From: Octopus bimaculoides
Taxonomy: Eukaryota
NCBI RefSeq assembly: GCF_001194135.2
Contig: NC_068986.1
Span: 77,572,427-77,636,426, forward strand
DNA length: 64,000 nucleotides
Reading direction: 5' to 3'
Each line of letters begins with the position of its first letter. Position 1 is the first letter of the stretch. The notes under the pieces were generated by a model that searched no databases, was not told where the DNA came from, and saw nothing but the letters and a program-made list of their open reading frames with translations. The position numbers and the translations under genes were made by a program. This document shows positions 10,579 to 25,100 of the stretch, piece by piece.

Positions 10579-13500
10579 AAGTAGTGATATTGCAGAATCT
10601 TTAGGGTATTGGCAAAAATGCTTTGCTCTTAGCATTCTGAGTTCAAATTCTGCTGGGGTCAATTTCCCTTTCATCTTTCCAGGATAAAATAAAGAACCAG
10701 TCAAGTAGAGGAGTCAATGGTTTTACCCCACTCCACAAAATTGCTGCTCTTGTACCGAAATCAGAAACCATTATCATTGTTGTTGTTGCTTTTTTAGTGT
10801 GTTTTCAATAGTTTCATGCAAGTCTTTACAGTACAACCAAGAGTATTTCTCTATCTTTGAGATATATACACCACACATCTTCAGTCTTTACAGTTAAGAT
10901 ATACCTTAAAGCTATATCTTAACTTCAGGATGGTTGGTTTGGAATCCACTGGATAGCCTAGTTATCCTGTCTAGATATTTCTTTTCATGTAAATTCCATT
11001 TTATAACATATCAAATATGGTTTATAATTGAGATGGCTAGTGTATTTATACTGATTGTTTTATTTCTAGCATTGAATTAAGTTTGTAATATTAATATGAC
11101 TCTTCTGTAGTACTCTCATAGTCCTGAGTATGACGTTAATCTACACCCAGTGTGGAGACTTTGGGAGTTCCAGAGTTTTGAGGAGTGTGGAACGAACTCT
11201 TGGTCACTGTTGTTTCCAGGTCTACTCTGTCCCAGAAGAGTTGCATCTGTCAGAATCTCAACTATGGGTTAAATAGCATGTAACCACCTGAGTCAGAGTA
11301 TGTTGAAATCATGGGATGCAGCTTTGTGTATGTGAACTATTCCAGCAAATAAATTTATCGAACCTATTGAACTAGTTGCTGAGCGGATGAACAGACAACA
11401 AACTATCAATGGCCAGAACCAACCAGTTCAGTTAGCAAACTACTGCAATCATCTGCAGTCATGGCATGTACAGAAAAGATATTTCAGCTGGTGGAAGTCC
11501 AATGTAACTAAAACCCTGGCCAGACGTTAATGCTACAGTGCTTAATTGGGACATCTAACATGAAAGAGTTGCACTGATCCAGGCAAGTCAGCCAGTCAGA
11601 TGATATATGATAATGTAGTAGTCTTATCTAACTTGCTCTTATTTTGCATGTTTATATTATCAGCTTCATTACTCTGAAGTATTGTGTAAGTAGTTTTGTT
11701 CTAATTTTATCATTTCCATTTCTAAATCTAATTGAATGTTTTCAATTTTAATTGATTTTTCTTCTTTTCAGCTCTGGATAATTTGTCTAATCCAATACTA
11801 ATTTTGATATTACAGCCTAATTCATGCACAGTTCTTAATAAGTTCTCTAGTGGGATATTATCACTTCCAAGTAGGTTTAAATCATTAATATAGAGGAGAT
11901 GATTTATTATATATAATCATGAAACTGGCAGAAGTGTTGAAAAAAAAATGCTTTGTGGCATTCATTGTGGCTCTTAACATCCTGAATTCAAATGCTGCTA
12001 AGATCAGCTTTTCATCCTTTCAGGAGTAATAAAATAAAGTACTAGCCAAGTACTAGTGTCAATGGTATTGATTAAGCCTGCTCCCCTCAAAATTCTCATG
12101 ATCTGGGAAGACTGGAAACAAACAACATCATTTGCAACCATCATATGATATCAAGACACAAACACACATTCAGACACACATACACATCATCATTATCCTC
12201 ATCGTTTAATTTCCGCTTTCCATGCTAGCATGGGTTGGACTGTTTGACTGAGGACTGGCAAGCCAGAAGGCTGCACCAAGCTCCAATCTGATCTGGCAGA
12301 GTTTCTACAGCTGGATGCCCTTCCTAATGCCAACCACTCCGAGAGTGCAGTGGGTGCTTTTACGTGCCACTGGCACGAGGGCCAGTCGCAAAGGACTGGC
12401 AACAACATATAGATAGATATGTAAACGACAGGTTTCTTTCAGTTTCCATCTACCATATCCACTCTCAAAGTTTTGGTTGGTTCAGGGCTAAAGAAGAAGA
12501 CACCCAAGTCCTGCACAGTGAGACCCAAGACCACACAGTTGGGAAGCAATTTCTTAACCACACAGCTATGCCTGCACCTCATTCCAGAGAAATTTTACTA
12601 GTATTTCTTCTAGGTCCAGAAATAGCACTAAAATTGGATATGATTTACAATGTTTTTGTATGTAGTAACTGGTACTGTTATGTATGTCTCTGCTGATTTA
12701 ACAGCTATGTGAGTGGTGTTAACTCTCTAGCTTGCCAAATCAATAGTTTTCTCTGGATTTGTAATGTGATGTGCAGATGAAATTATATCAACTGATATAT
12801 CCAGATTGTTACAGTGAGGTACTAAATACTATTTAATTTCACTTATATCTTCAGTAATTATATTTGTCAAAATTTAAATCATAATTATTTCAGGGTGCAA
12901 TGAAAGAATTTGCCTGAAAGCATGTTTCAGAATTGCACTATGGACAAAACTTTAATAAGAAAGAGTCAGGAATTGAGTTATTAACGAGTTGCAATAATAC
13001 AATCACAGACAATGGACATTGTAGCATCAACATTAAGGAGAAGATTGCCTAAAGTATTATCATTTATATATTAGAACTATGATAAATACAAACAGTTTTG
13101 TCTTCAACCTTTTAATTGTGGTGAAACTGTGTTAATCAAGTTTCAAAATGTGAATGATTTCAACTAAATTTGACCCCAAAGTAATGTAAAAGGCAAAATA
13201 AAAGAGGGTCATAGGAAAAATAGAGTTTAAAATTGTTCTGTGATTTTCTTTGTAAATTTGTTTTAGTTCCTTACAATCTACTTAAGCTGTTTGGCAAATG
13301 GCAAACATTAAATTTTACAAATTCCTATGCAGTAATTAAAACAATTTTATATTAAGCAGACATTTGGACTAAATATCAAACAGAATAGTATTTCAGTTTG
13401 TAGCTTATTTTTCTCTACAGGTATTCCAGGAACACTTTAGCAATTAATTTGATGTAGTCCGATGTTCTTAATACTTAAACAAAGAACTACTACTACTTCT

Positions 13501-15479
13501 ACTATTACTACAACTACTACTACAGCTACGACTAAAACAACATTTACCACTACCATTACCATTATTATCTACTCTTTCTTCTCACCTTCAATGCTTAATT
13601 TTTCTTCATGTCTGCATGAGTTAGAATGGTTTCTCTGAGCGATAGTCATCTCAATTATGAAATATATTGATCTGTAGTAATCTTTTGTATACATGTGTAC
13701 ATCAGGAGCAAAATGTTTACAAATATATAGATGCCCCAAATTCACATATATAATATCATATAAATTATTTAATATTTCAATAATTCTTTTCTCAGATAAT
13801 AAATTGTAGAATTTTCGAAAATAGAAAAAAATGTAAGAAAAAATTATAAACTTAAAATAAAAAATGAAATGAAAATTTAATGAAATTTTCTTACATTGTA
13901 ATTAACTAAAAAACAAATAAATTACAGAAAAAAATATAAAAAATCAGTAGAGGAACTTGTTAACTATTTCACTCTGCCATCTCACTGGAATCAAATAAAA
14001 GAATCGACTGAAACATCGAGCAAAGATTCAGTGGATATTCCCATCACATATTTACTCTCAAAAGAGATTAGAAACTTGATAAATGTTTAACATTTCAGCA
14101 ATATCTGCTGCAGGATGAGCAATGGACATCAAATATAAATTACTTTATGTTATCCCCCATCTCTCTTTCTCTCTCTCACTCTGTTTTTCTTCCTTTTCCT
14201 TTTACATGTTTCTAGAATTAGAATATGGATTATAAAAACATAATTCTCCCCCTCCTCTACACTGAAGTTGTGATAACAATAAACAAGGTATTAAAATATT
14301 TGCCCAAAGTGTGAATTATTTATGGCCTGAAAATAAAACGTTGAGTAATCTTACCTGAAGATCCACTCCGACGGCGTCTAAGCCTGTGTACATAATGCTA
14401 ACCCAGCCATCTTTTGAGGCCAGGACAAACAAAGCCATCAAAGCCTAAAGATAAAAATCAACAGTGTAAAAATTAAAACTGTTTACAAAAAATAAAAAAT
14501 AAAACAAAAATATTGAAACACAGACACATCAAAAGTAATGTCGTTAAAAATAACAAAATACAAAACAAACAAAAAAAGAAACCCTACTGTTTGAACAGAA
14601 GCGTGAAAGTACAAACATAAATAATATGTGTGTATGTGCAAATGAGAGTGTATATGTACATGTTTGTGAGTATGGTGTTATGAGGTTGCATATGTGGAAA
14701 CATACATGATTTATACATTGATCTGGAGTAGTTGTGTATTTATGTATACATTCAGGCATGTGTTGATAATAATATGCATAAAACAATCATAATCAAACAG
14801 AAACATACTGAAACTAAATTGAGTTCTTTCTTTTTTTTTTTTTTTGCTCTGTACATCTGTGCTCTATGGCAAATGGCAATAACTCACATGATAGATTTTG
14901 ACAAATTGCATAAAACTGATGGCATGAACATACATATACAATATTTTGTAACATTGCTTATCAGCGTGACATTGTATGGTTTACTGAATACTTTGATATG
15001 ATGTTAAACTGCAAAAAACAAAAACAAAAAGCCAGCAACAAATTTAACTGTACTTACTGACATGAAAATCTAACATATCACAGTGACTTTAGTGTAGGTC
15101 ATCCTAATAAGTTTAATGGTGCCTATAATGAACATTAATAGGAGGCTAATCATTTGCATATCCTCATCATCACACTCATCATCAATGTCATCCTCCTCAT
15201 CATCATCGTTATCATAATTGTTGTTGGAATCATCATTATCATTGTCATTATTGTTTTAAAGTCCACTTTTCCATGCTTGTATGGGTTGGATGGAATTTAT
15301 TAAGGCAGATCTGCTACAGCTGGATGCTTTTCCTGTCATAGCTCACCTGTTTCCAGGTAAATGGCTGGACATGTTTTTACAGGAAATTGGAAATGATTGA
15401 TACCACTTGTATGACTGCGACTCCCATTTACAACTAACTAGCATGTCAAAACAAGGTAACACTAACTCACATGCACACT

Positions 15480-15513
<34 letters not shown>

Positions 15514-18068
15514 AATTATATGTACATGTATATATATATATATATNNNNNNNNNNNNNNNNNNNNNNNNNNNNNNNNNNNNNNNNNNNNNNNNNNNNNNN
15601 NNNNNNNNNNNNNNNNNNNNNNNNNNNNNNNNNNNNNNNNNNNNNNNNNNNNNNNNNNNNNNNNNNNNNNNNNNNNNNNNNNNNNNNNNNNNNNNNNNNN
15701 NNNNNNNNNNNNNNNNNNNNNNNNNNNNNNNNNNNNNNNNNNNNNNNNNNNNNNNNNNNNNNNNNNNNNNNNNNNNNNNNNNNNNNNNNNNNNNNNNNNN
15801 NNNNNNNNNNNNNNNNNNNNNNNNNNNNNNNNNNNNNNNNNNNNNNNNNNNNNNNNNNNNNNNNNNNNNNNNNNNNNNNNNNNNNNNNNNNNNNNNNNNN
15901 NNNNNNNNNNNNNNNNNNNNNNNNNNNNNNNNNNNNNNNNNNNNNNNNNNNNNNNNNNNNTATATATATATATATATATGATATATATATGTAGGGATGG
16001 TGCATGGCTCAGAGGTTAGAGCGTCAAGCTTCTGATTGTGAGGTTGTGAGTTCGAATCCTGGACTGGGCTGTGTGTTGTGTTCTTGAGCAAGACACTTTA
16101 TTTCACATTGCTCCAGTTCACTCAACTATAGAAATGAGTTGCGACATCACAGGTGTCAAGCTGTATCAGCCCTTGCCTTTCCCTTGGATAACATTGGTGG
16201 CATGGAGAGGAGAGGCTGGTATGCATGGGCGACTGCTGGTCTTCCATAAACAACCTTGCCTGGACTTGTGCCTGGGAGGGTTACTTTCTAAGTGCAATCC
16301 CATGGTCAGTCAGGACTGAAGGGGGTCTCAGCAATATATATATGAAATTCTTACATTTTGGCAGGGCTTTTATATCAAATTTTGGGCAGAATTCTGATTT
16401 AAGTACACCATATAATGAGTATAACCCCTCATAACTTTTTAATTTTTGGGGATTCACAGAAATGTTTTGTGAATTTGTGATGTTCAATACACAGGCATTC
16501 ATGATAATGCAAAAACAAAAAAATTTTTTGGTGTCGGATTTAAGGGCTGTTATTTTTAGCACATCTTACAACCGCCTCATACCCTCCTTGTTTGTTTGTA
16601 AGTCTGATGTGATGTTTTTCAATATCTTTTTCCCCACGAACACATTTAATGGGATTGAAGCCAAACATTTGGACTGTCTGTTTTTCAAACTGAATTAAAT
16701 AAAAAAAAATTTGAAAAATTAAAAAAAAATTTCTTTCCATAGTTGTGTGAATTCCTATGTGTAAAATACAAATTAGCAAAAATCTTTTGAAAATTCCAAA
16801 AAATAAAAAAGTTATGAGGGGTTATATGGGGTGCTTAAAGCAGACTTCTGCCAAATTTTGTTTCCCTTTATTGTAACAAATTATTCTATTTGATCTTGTA
16901 TACTTTATTAAACTAACATTCACTGATGCTAGCTACCACTCTTTTGCCCAGATTCTAGTGTTTTACTTGATATATACAGACCAACTGTATGGATGCCATA
17001 ATCATTAGACATATTTTCCATTTAATTTAATTTAATTCGTCCCATAGCTGGGAGATGTCAACAATGTTTGAACTCAATATAGGTGAGCTACCTTTAAGTC
17101 ATTGCCCGAGTAACTAACGAAGTTTAAGATGAATTTAAAGTTATGTAACATATACAGTCAATATAATGCTTCACTGAGCTATGAAGAAATTCATTCAGTG
17201 GTATGTCATCTCAGATTTATAAGAATGAAAATTTGTGATGGTTATTATAAGTGAAGCAGTTTAGTAAGTAAAAAAGTTCATTCCCAAGTCATACAGACTC
17301 ATAAGGCTGATTTCCCTGTGTTCATGGTGTATATATTCCCAACCTGGATCGGTGCCAGTCCATTGCAGGTTTACTCACTTTTGCCAGCTGAGTGAACTGG
17401 AGCAACATGAAATGAAGTGCTTTGCTCAAGAACATGACACATTGCTAGGTCCAGGAATTGAAACCATAATCTTATGATCATGAGTCCAATACCTTAACCA
17501 TTAAGCCATGCACCTCCACTAAAAGTGAAGCAAGCACATTGAAAATAATGTTGTGAACTAATTCCATCATGGGTTTATCTTTGTTCTGTAACAGTCTTCT
17601 ACAGTACTCCTCTTATGGACACAAATAGTAAACAAGTCTTAGCAATATAAGTAGATTTTCAAAAATAATAATTGTTGTTGTTATTTAGCCTTGAGTCAGC
17701 TTTGATCAAGAAAAAAAGATGGTGCCCCAGCACGGCTACAGTCAAATGACTGAAGCAAGTAAAAAATAAAAGAATAAAAGCATTCCAGCTATGATTGTCT
17801 CATCACATATTTTTAAATAGAACTGTGAGAGAAAATATACTTATCTGTATTGTTTTACTTGCTTCTGTCATTGAACTGCAGCCATGTTGAGGGTACTGCC
17901 TTGAAAGGTTTTAGGGGAACAAATCAGCCCCAGTAATTATTTTTCTTTTAAAGTTTGATACTTATTCTCTCAGTATCTCTTGCTGAACTGCTATGTTATG
18001 AGTGGCATAAACAAACCAACACTAGTTGTCAAGTGATAGTGGGGACAAGCATAAACACACACATGCAC

Positions 18069-18137
<69 letters not shown>

Positions 18138-21100
18138 ATACATACATATATACATGCACATATATATATTCAACAGGCTTCCTTTAGTTTCCATCAACCA
18201 AATCCATTCACAAGGCTTTGGCTGGCCTAGGGCTATAGTAGACACTTGCTGAAGGTGTCATGCAGTGGAACTGAACCTGGAATCATATGGTTGGGAAGGA
18301 AACTTCTTACCGCACAGCTACATCTGTACTTATGAACCATGTATAATGAACTAAAAATTATTTTCATTAGAATTTTATCTTTCATATCACAAGTTAATCA
18401 TTAGCTTTAATGATTAATTCTTGATAAGAAAGGCCAAAGGCGATAATTTTGAAATTTGAATTAGGGGTTGTGATGGAACCTAAGTTTGCTAGTGTGATTT
18501 GAGGGAGAATATATCTATTATAATTCGATTACATAAGGGTTTCCTAGGCTTGAAGAGTCTTTGTCTCATTGATTCATCAGAAATAATTTGATGAATTAGT
18601 TTTATGAATTAGAAATTTATCCTTTCAACACTAACCTGGCCTAAGTTATCAAAGTTGTACTTTTGGTTGCGCCAACGGTTTCTAGGATCTTTCATGCAGT
18701 CCGTTTTGTTGGTAACATTCTGGACGTGTGGACCATGACAATAATGAAATGTTCCCTTAAAAAGCTGCAAAAAGAAAAAAAAAATTATAATAACAAGATC
18801 AAATAAATAAGTAAACATGCACACACAAAGAAAGCTAAGTCAACCAGATACACATATACATAGGCATTTGAGATCTGTTACTTCTGTTAAAACATCATTA
18901 TAATCACTTTTACATCCACTTTTTTATGCCTGCATGGGTTGGATGGAATTTGTTATTTGTCAAGGCAGATTTTTTTCTATGGCCAGATATATATTTTTGG
19001 CCAGATGTTTCTTAATACGTTAAAACAAATTTTACTATGGATAGACAATTGTTAATTTTCTTATTAACTGGAGATAAAAAAATACTGTTACACTTAAAAT
19101 GGCAAATAAAAAAATTAATGGGACATTTCATATGTGAAGTTAAAAAAAAGCAATGTTTTAAAGTAAAAGAAAGTAATAATGCTAAAGATTTAGAAAAGTA
19201 TAAAAAAACTATTCTTCAGGAGCATGACATTTTATTTCATGTTGCTTCAGTAAACTCAGTTGAAAATGAATACCAATTCAACTGGAGGGTATCTGAGCCA
19301 GCTCAAATTCAGTGTTATTTTCTTTACTTGAACAATCAAAAGATCATGTCTTACTCCTGCATTACATTTTTAGATTGGTTTTGTATGACTGGATACCCTT
19401 GCAAACACTCTTGTGGATGTGCTAGACATATTTTACTGCAATACCAACACTGGAGGTACAATGGCCCAGTGGTTAGGGCAGCGGACTCGCAGTCGTAGAA
19501 TCATGGTTTTGATTCTCAGACTGGGTGTTGTGTGTGTTTATTGAGCGAAAACACCTAAAACTCCACGAGGCTCCAGCAGGGGGTGGTGGCAACCCCTATT
19601 GTACTCTTTTGCCCCAACTTTCTCTCAGTCTTTCTTCCTGTTTCTTGAGTAAAGCTGCAATGGACTGGTGTCCCATCCAACTGGGGGGGGGGGACACATA
19701 TGCCATAGAAACTGGAAAACTGGGCCCATGAGCCTGGCTAGGCTTTAAAAGGGCACATAAATTAAAAAAATAACTAACACTAGAAAAGTTTTTTTGTCCT
19801 CAAAACTGGATATTGTCTCTCTTCATTCCTCAATAACTTTACAGATTGCACTGAATATATTTTATTGTGGCACCAGCACTAAAGCAGTCTCCTTGTTCTC
19901 TTTACCCTATTCCGTCTATACTGGATGCATTTTATTGTGGCGCTAGTACTAGAGAGGTTGCTTTGCTGCCTGGAGAACTTGAGAGTTTTCCTTAATTTAT
20001 GTTGTCACTTAAAGCTCCCAGAATTGTAACACTGACCTCCCTATTGGTAACTATTTAAAGGACTAAATAATTTAAGGGGCTGAATAACATGAATCTGAGT
20101 TATGATTCAAGAAGCTTCTGCTTCTAATAATACACATTTTATGTAATCAAAACTTTTCTCCTTTTGCAAATACGAACATTCATCAATTTATATATANNNN
20201 NNNNNNNNNNNNNNNNNNNNNNNNNNNNNNNNNNNNNNNNNNNNNNNNNNTATATATATATATATATCATCATCATTTAATATTCATTTTCCATGCCCAT
20301 GCTGGCATATATAAGCATGTATATGTATATATGTATGTGTGTAAGCACATGTATATAAGCATGTATACATGAATATATATGTATGTGTACATATATGCAC
20401 ATATGTAAATGAATTATATTTGTACATACATGTGTGCATGTGTGTGTGAGAGAGAGAGGGTGAAAGAGAGAGAGAAAGAGAAAATGTGTGTGGGTGTGTG
20501 AGTGTGTGTGAATGTGTGTGTGTATGTGTGTGTGAATAAGTAAATGTTCTTATTAGTACAAAGAGGTCTACTATCCATTGGTATGCTATGGGCTGGCTCA
20601 GCTAGAGCTGTCAAAACCAGATGCAAATATCTTGAATAGCAAAACAAATGTGAAATGAAAATGATGGAAACTTTATTTATACAAAAAAAATAATGAAAAA
20701 TAAAAAATAAAAAACTTTTCTAAAAATAAAACAAACAAATTATAATTATATTTAACACTTCTCAGAAATTTTAGAGATTTTTCCAGAACTAGCTGCAGAC
20801 AGTGTATGCATGTATATGTATGTGCATGTGCAACATGTGTTTGTGTATGCATGTGCAACATGTGTTTGTGTATGCATGTGTGTGTGCATGTGTGGCTAAG
20901 ACTAGTCAATTGTTTTGTTATTCCTCCAGATATATTCTTCACCTTCAGATGAATTAAATAATGTTTTCTTAATCATGTATGAAAGAAAGAGATAAGGAAA
21001 GATGAAAAGATGCACACACATATATATATATATATATATNNNNNNNNNNTATATATATATAAAGAGAGAAAGACAGACAGATAGAAGATAAATAAGGATG

Positions 21101-21588
21101 CAAAATCGTAGCATTCATATAGTCTCAAAAGAGCACTAATTAGTGATGAGTATCTGGTTTTTCCAAGTGATCACTGAATAACTGCAAGGTGGATTTCATT
21201 TGCAAGGTATTTACTGCTGAATTGCTGTCTGTCATTCTTTCATATCAGGCATAGGCAATGCTGTGTGTTTAACACATGGTAGCTTCTCAGCAACATTGTT
21301 CTTGCATTGATCATATTGCAGAGACCCTTAGGCAAGTGTTTTCTATTATAACCTTGAATTGGCCCATACCTTGTGAGTGGAATTTAGCTGACTGGAAACT
21401 TGCCCTCTTATGTGTATGTGTATGTGTGTGTGTGTGTGTATGTGTGTGTGTCTGCTTGGTGATACAAAGAGGAAAATATAACTCAAAACATGACTATATA
21501 TATTTTTCATTGAATCTGCAGAAGTTACAGAGTGTCTTAAAGGTTAAGAGTTTCATGTATTGGCACTATATGTGTGTGTGTGTTTGAG

Positions 21589-21622
<34 letters not shown>

Positions 21623-22117
21623 CATCCACACACATCCACCCATCCACCCATCCATCCAACCATCCATCCAGATAGTAGTAATTTGCAGTCACAGTCAGTT
21701 CAATTTGTCATGCCACCAAAACTAACAGATATTACTACGTGCTCTTGTAGGAAAAAGGAAAGTAACCTATGAATGTTAATCTTAATTTTAATTTTAATTT
21801 AATTCTATTAATAGCTCTTTTCTCTCTACATAATCAATTTTAGTACATATTTTTGATAAGGTTTTTCAAAAACTGAAACATGTAAATGCATTCATATAAA
21901 AGGAAAATTAAAATATACTCAATTTTAAGAAAGTAGCATTTTCATTCTTNNNNNNNNNNNNNNNNNNNNNNNNNNNNNNNNNNNNNNNNNNNNNNNNNNN
22001 NNNNNTATATACATACATACACATATTGTAGAAGTTGCATCTATTTAATAACAGGTTGTTGACTCAGGCCTGATTTACTGTTTTGTGGTAGAGAGTAACT
22101 TTGTTAATTCTCATGAA

Positions 22118-22148
<31 letters not shown>

Positions 22149-25100
22149 TGTATGCATGTATATATGCATATATGTATTTATATGTATGGATACATATGTG
22201 TATATGTATCTGTATCTCTGTCTGTGCTGTGCTCATAAACATGAGCATTGGGATATAAACTAAGTTAAATAAAATGTTAATTTTAAATTGCATCATTTGT
22301 GCACCATAACTTAGCAGTTTGAGAAATAGAAGATAATAAAATAAGTACTAGACTGAAATATGTCTAATATGTGGAGATGATATGATATAACAATTTCCTC
22401 AAAACACATTCTGATTTCACAAGATGAAGTGTCTTTTAAAAAAAATTCTATAAAATTTTATTTTATATGGGAATAGTATACACCATTTCCATAATTATTT
22501 TTTAATAAATTCTCTTTTTAAAATAATTTTTGTTTTATCTAACATCTAAAATTAGGGTAATGATTTTTGGAAAACTGTACATGGGTTTCACGACAGAATA
22601 AGTTTAGGAGCCAGTGTGATAAACTAATATCTTGATGATGATGTCACACCCTTGTTACAATCCTATGATTAGAAACAGGAAAATCATAAAGTGAATGTCA
22701 TATATGAACCAATATCAAATATAGTGTAATAAAATATTTTTGATGTTTTCCAATGTTTGGCTTAATAATCAGATGTTTACAAGGAATGACATGAGCCATT
22801 AGGCATATATATTATGCATATTGGTGTTGATTTCTATCAGGCACAAAGCTACAGATTTTGTAGAGAGAAGTATAAGTCACTAAATTTAATCTTGTACTTG
22901 ACTGGTATTTTATCAATTCTTGAAGGATGAAAAGCAGGGCTGGTGTAGCAGAATTATAACTCCCACCAGGTAAATCAATGAATTGGGCCCTATAATATTT
23001 ATTTAGAGACAGCAAACTACAGCATACACAGATTAGAATTGGGCCCCTAGACCTATAAGGTCTTTGGGCAATTGCCCAGTGTGCTCCTGCCTAAAGACAG
23101 CATTGATGGGATGCAAAGCTGATCTGGGTAGGATTTGAACTCAAAGTATAAAGAGATGTACGTAAATACAGCGAAGAATTTTATCTGCTGCTTCATCACC
23201 TCTATAAACTCACCATCTTATATGATACAAAAGCTGTCATAATACATCGCTGCTTCAATATCTAGTTGAAGCCATCTTCAATTAAGATAAATCAAAATTA
23301 TATGCTACAAAAAAACCATAGCTGTCAGTGTTGCAAGTAAGTATGATTTGGTAGCATGTACCATGATTTTGCTCACTGTTTTAGGTGCTGTGTAGTCATA
23401 AACAAATGCAAACATCCTCTTGACCCTCCCACAGCTTATTCAGCAAAACATCCAGGATGTGACAGTAGGAGGAAGGGAGGGCTGCACTAATACTCAGTTT
23501 CTTCTCATTTCAGCTGTAAATTGGAAATAAAGTGCTCAAGGGCACCATATAACAATCTAATGGTTGTGAGCTCAACATCTTTACCAGTAAGTCAAACACC
23601 TTTATTATGCGCTAAAACTGTAAAGAAATGTTGCTGGTGTTTCAACAGAGGTTTAACTTGTTAAATACTGCTAGATATAAAAACCTGAGATCATGCTCTA
23701 TCTTCACCATCCCAGCTAGTATTCAAGAAATAAAAAGTCATTAATGATGGTAGGAAAAGGTTAGAATTGTATCAATGTTCTGAAAGATGTAGTAATGAAA
23801 TAATGTTGTATTTCATATGAACATGAAGAAGAGGAAATATTTTTACTTAAAACAAATAGCACTTACTTGCACACCTAAAATTCCAAATATGATAAAGAAT
23901 GTGCAACATATAAGCACGATGTTTCCAATCGGTCTCAGAGAGGACAATAGAGTCTGCACTACTAATTTTAACCCTGGAGCTCGGCTGATCACTCTGAAAA
24001 ATAATGAGAAGAAATATTAAAAAAGTTTTTTTCTGCCCTAGCATTTATCTTGTTACTGCAGCATCTGTATTTTGCATATTGATGCAACTGAGATGTTGCT
24101 TCAACCAATGCATCTCTCCCTCTAACAACAGAGGCCAATCACTGTTAACCAGGCCTTAATGGCCTCATTATTTGCAACAAGGTAGTTTGGTGACTGAAAG
24201 TGGAATTTGAACTCAGAATGTAAAGAACCAGAACAAACACTGCAAGACATCACACCCAGTTCTCTAAGAATTCTTTTAATCCACCACTTTTGACTGGCAC
24301 TTTGTTTATTGATCCCACAAAAGAGGAAAGGCAAAGTTTACCTTGGCAAAATTTGAACTCAGCATTGCAGAAAGCTGGAACACATACCTCAAGGAATTTC
24401 ATCACACACTTTAACCCTTTAGTATTCAGATTATTCTGTCAAATGTAATGCTTATTTATTCAGATTCTTTTAAAGACATCATGCATTGTCTCATAGCTTT
24501 GAGATTGCGATGATGTGATTGTTTATTTTTGGAATGATATTGTCAACCAGATGTGAGAAGTTGGATCAAACCAGTTTGATCATAAAATGGATAGACTATT
24601 TGGGCTGGATATGGTCTGTTTAAATGCGAAAGGGCTAATAACTCAGCCAAGTTCCAGCCCTCAGAATATCTAAAAGATAATGAATAATGTAGAATTTAAT
24701 TTATAGATCTCTCAACAGAAATAAAAAGTCACTTGATTGGATGTCAGTTTTTAGACATACTGGAGCAGAGTTACTGGCAGAGGTACTTAAAACTCAAATT
24801 GCCTAATAACTAAGCTGGAAATTAACTCACAGAAAGGTACAGTTCAATGCGCATAGCAGTGAAAGCACCAAATAATTGATAAATGTGGTTTCTTAACTTA
24901 GTGGGCTGAATTAAAATCCTCTTGTGGGCTGGGAAAAGGCAAATGAAAATTCACACATGTGTGCTTCCCTTCAGTTACTACATGAAGGAAAAGAATTCAT
25001 TTAGTCCCTAACAATCACATAGGTTGTGAAGCCTTACAAAATGTATATTTAAGGAGAAAACTCACGATTATTATATGGATAAGAAAATACAATATCAGCT

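Noticed and set aside
15993-16070. tRNA-like sequence with A and B boxes
   Set aside because: It is the head of a multi-copy SINE and has no complete cloverleaf, so it is not a tRNA gene.
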